From Omnitrophica bacterium RIFCSPLOWO2_12_FULL_50_11 (GTDB lineage: Bacteria > Omnitrophota > Omnitrophia > Omnitrophales > Danuiimicrobiaceae), in assembly GCA_001804315.1 (NCBI GenBank), contig MHFT01000044.1:15576-62949 (forward strand): a stretch of DNA of 47,374 nucleotides. The letters run 5' to 3'. How positions within the stretch are numbered: the stretch's first letter is position 1; every line of letters starts with the position of its first letter. The notes beneath the pieces were generated by a model. The model saw nothing but the letters and a program-made list of their open reading frames with translations. It was not told the origin of the DNA and made no database searches. The translations under genes were made by a program, and so were the position numbers. This document shows positions 45,781-47,374 of the stretch, one piece after another.

Positions 45781-46227
45781 ATGGTTGCTAAAAGCAGGAA
45801 GAAGGAGGACGGATCAAAGGTCGGGATCAGGCTCGAAAAACGTCCAAAGATTCTGCGCCAGTATGAACGCGGGCGGCCGATACGCAAGCACGTCCGCGCT
45901 CTGTTTTGCCTCATGTCAGAGTACATCAAGAGAAAAAACGTGTTTGTGTTCTCTGACAATATCTCGACGGGAGGTGTGTTTTTGGAAACATTTGATCCTT
46001 TACCGCCCGGCACTAAGGTCACCCTGCGTTTCCCGTTGAAAAGCGCGCTCCGGCCCATTCAAATTCGGGGTAAGGTTGTTTGGAATCGCGGAGAAATTCA
46101 GGAGCGCAGGCTCGGAAACAAGGCGGCCGGCATGGCGGTCGAATTCCAGTCTTTGAAGAGGCGCGACATGAAGTTTTTGAAGGAATTTCTTGACCACACG
46201 ATGAGCTACGGATGGTTCCTCGAATAA
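45781..46227 (+). CDS. PilZ domain protein
   Basis: RQYER (RxxxR) and NISTGG (D/NxSxxG), GKVVW, GMAVEF. Confidence 0.85.
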   Translation: MVAKSRKKEDGSKVGIRLEKRPKILRQYERGRPIRKHVRALFCLMSEYIKRKNVFVFSDNISTGGVFLETFDPLPPGTKVTLRFPLKSALRPIQIRGKVVWNRGEIQERRLGNKAAGMAVEFQSLKRRDMKFLKEFLDHTMSYGWFLE

Positions 46228-47374
46228 AAAAGACGAAAGTAGATCTGCCGAAAGAGGGCTTAATCGACTGGGCGAGCCTTCAGTGTGAAGATTACACACT
46301 CGCCGATTTCGTCGAAGTTTATAGCACCGATCTATTTGAGAAAGCTCGGGGTGTCAGCGCTTTTGTCAGGGACTACTATGAAAAAAGGTACTACACCTAT
46401 TGCCGCATTTTAATGGGTCCTGCCAAGAATCGTTCCTTGATCTTCGACCGATTCACACAACAGCCAAAAGAGATGATCATGATGGGGTCGAACAACTTTT
46501 TAGGGCTCTCTTATCATCCCGAGGTGATCAAAGCGGGCCAGCAGGCATTAGAGAAGTATGGTTCCGGAACGGGTAGTTATCTGCTCAACGGCTGTTTTGA
46601 TGTTCAGCGACAGCTCGAGGAAAAACTGGCGGATATGAAGGGAACAGAAGCGTGTATTTTATTTTCCTCCGGATACGCTGCAAATATGGGAACGATTTCG
46701 GCACTTGTCAGACGCCATGACGTGGCGATTAATGACCGGCTCAATCATGCGAGTATCATTGATGGGTGCCAGCTGGCGCGGTGCGGCGTGGAAATTTTCC
46801 GGCATAATGATGTCCAGAACTTAGAAGAAATTTTGCAAGGAAGCAAAGGGAAATACGATGGGAAATTAGTGATTGTCGAAGGTGTTTACAGCATGGCGGG
46901 GGATTTGTCTCCCCTTCCTCAGATTTTAAGTTTGGCAAAGAAACACCACGCTCGATTGATGGTGGACGACGCCTACGGGACCGGCATCTTTGGCGCGAAT
47001 GGTCATGGGTCCATTGAACATCATGGTCTAAAAGGCAAAATCGATATTGTTATGGCGACATTCAATAAAGCGTTAGGAAGCGTTGGGGGCTGCATCTGTG
47101 CCTCGAAACACGTGGTGACGTATATTCGTTTTTTTGCGCGTTCCTCATTTTTTTCAGCGTCACCGTCTCCGGTGAATTGCGCGGTGGTTTTGAAGGCGAT
47201 TGACATTATAGAACGCGAGCCCGAGTGGCGGGAGCGTCTTTGGAAAAATCGAGATTACTTTGTTCGTGCGCTTCGATCGTTAGGATTTCATTTAGGGGAT
47301 ACGGGTTCGCCGATCGTTTCATGGATCATTGGCGATGACGACGCACTGCGCAAAATGAGTAAGGAGATTCATGA
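46212..47374 (+). CDS. PLP-dependent alpha-oxoamine synthase family (BioF/Kbl/SPT-like), runs off the window end; not in the ORF track
   Basis: Open frame from ATG 46212: GSNNFLGL, FSSGYAAN, DRLNHASIIDG, FRHND, EGVYSMAGD, VDDAYG, TFNKALG. Confidence 0.88.
   Translation, partial: MVPRIKKTKVDLPKEGLIDWASLQCEDYTLADFVEVYSTDLFEKARGVSAFVRDYYEKRYYTYCRILMGPAKNRSLIFDRFTQQPKEMIMMGSNNFLGLSYHPEVIKAGQQALEKYGSGTGSYLLNGCFDVQRQLEEKLADMKGTEACILFSSGYAANMGTISALVRRHDVAINDRLNHASIIDGCQLARCGVEIFRHNDVQNLEEILQGSKGKYDGKLVIVEGVYSMAGDLSPLPQILSLAKKHHARLMVDDAYGTGIFGANGHGSIEHHGLKGKIDIVMATFNKALGSVGGCICASKHVVTYIRFFARSSFFSASPSPVNCAVVLKAIDIIEREPEWRERLWKNRDYFVRALRSLGFHLGDTGSPIVSWIIGDDDALRKMSKEIH

Overview
A 47.4-kb bacterial chromosomal segment that is mostly housekeeping. 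The diderm LPS genes and unusual fusions suggest a PVC/Omnitrophota-like organism, but that assignment is inference only. In order it contains: a degenerate KDPG-aldolase-like gene; a nucleotidyltransferase/small-protein pair; a stand-alone glycogen-debranching N-domain; a degenerate alpha/beta hydrolase; an ilvB-[four-helix-bundle gene flanked by 7-bp repeats]-ilvN-ilvC-leuA-aroE-pilD-aroC-aroK-aroB operon; a 7TM + ATP-grasp ligase pair; a glycogen cluster (glgB, glgE-like, glgX, malQ, glgP); a DHH phosphoesterase; a broken mgtE; marC; hsp20 divergent from a solo groES; a broken ORF6N gene; dprA, thiS, topA and xerC; an LPS cluster (waaA, lpxK, an LpxL-ELM1 fusion, a GT4-GT9 fusion); a response regulator; a PilZ protein; and a PLP alpha-oxoamine-synthase-family gene cut by the window end. 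The most notable signals are (1) a four-helix-bundle gene inside the ilv operon, bracketed by heptamer arrays that include a perfect 65-bp inverted repeat, plus a second, gene-less heptamer inverted-repeat element between leuA and aroE; (2) a 108-bp palindromic element sitting in frame inside waaA, plus other dispersed palindrome families; and (3) several intact enzyme homologues lacking canonical catalytic residues (Eda K>R, GlgE D>S, hydrolase S>G). No rRNA, tRNA, CRISPR array or transposase was recognised.
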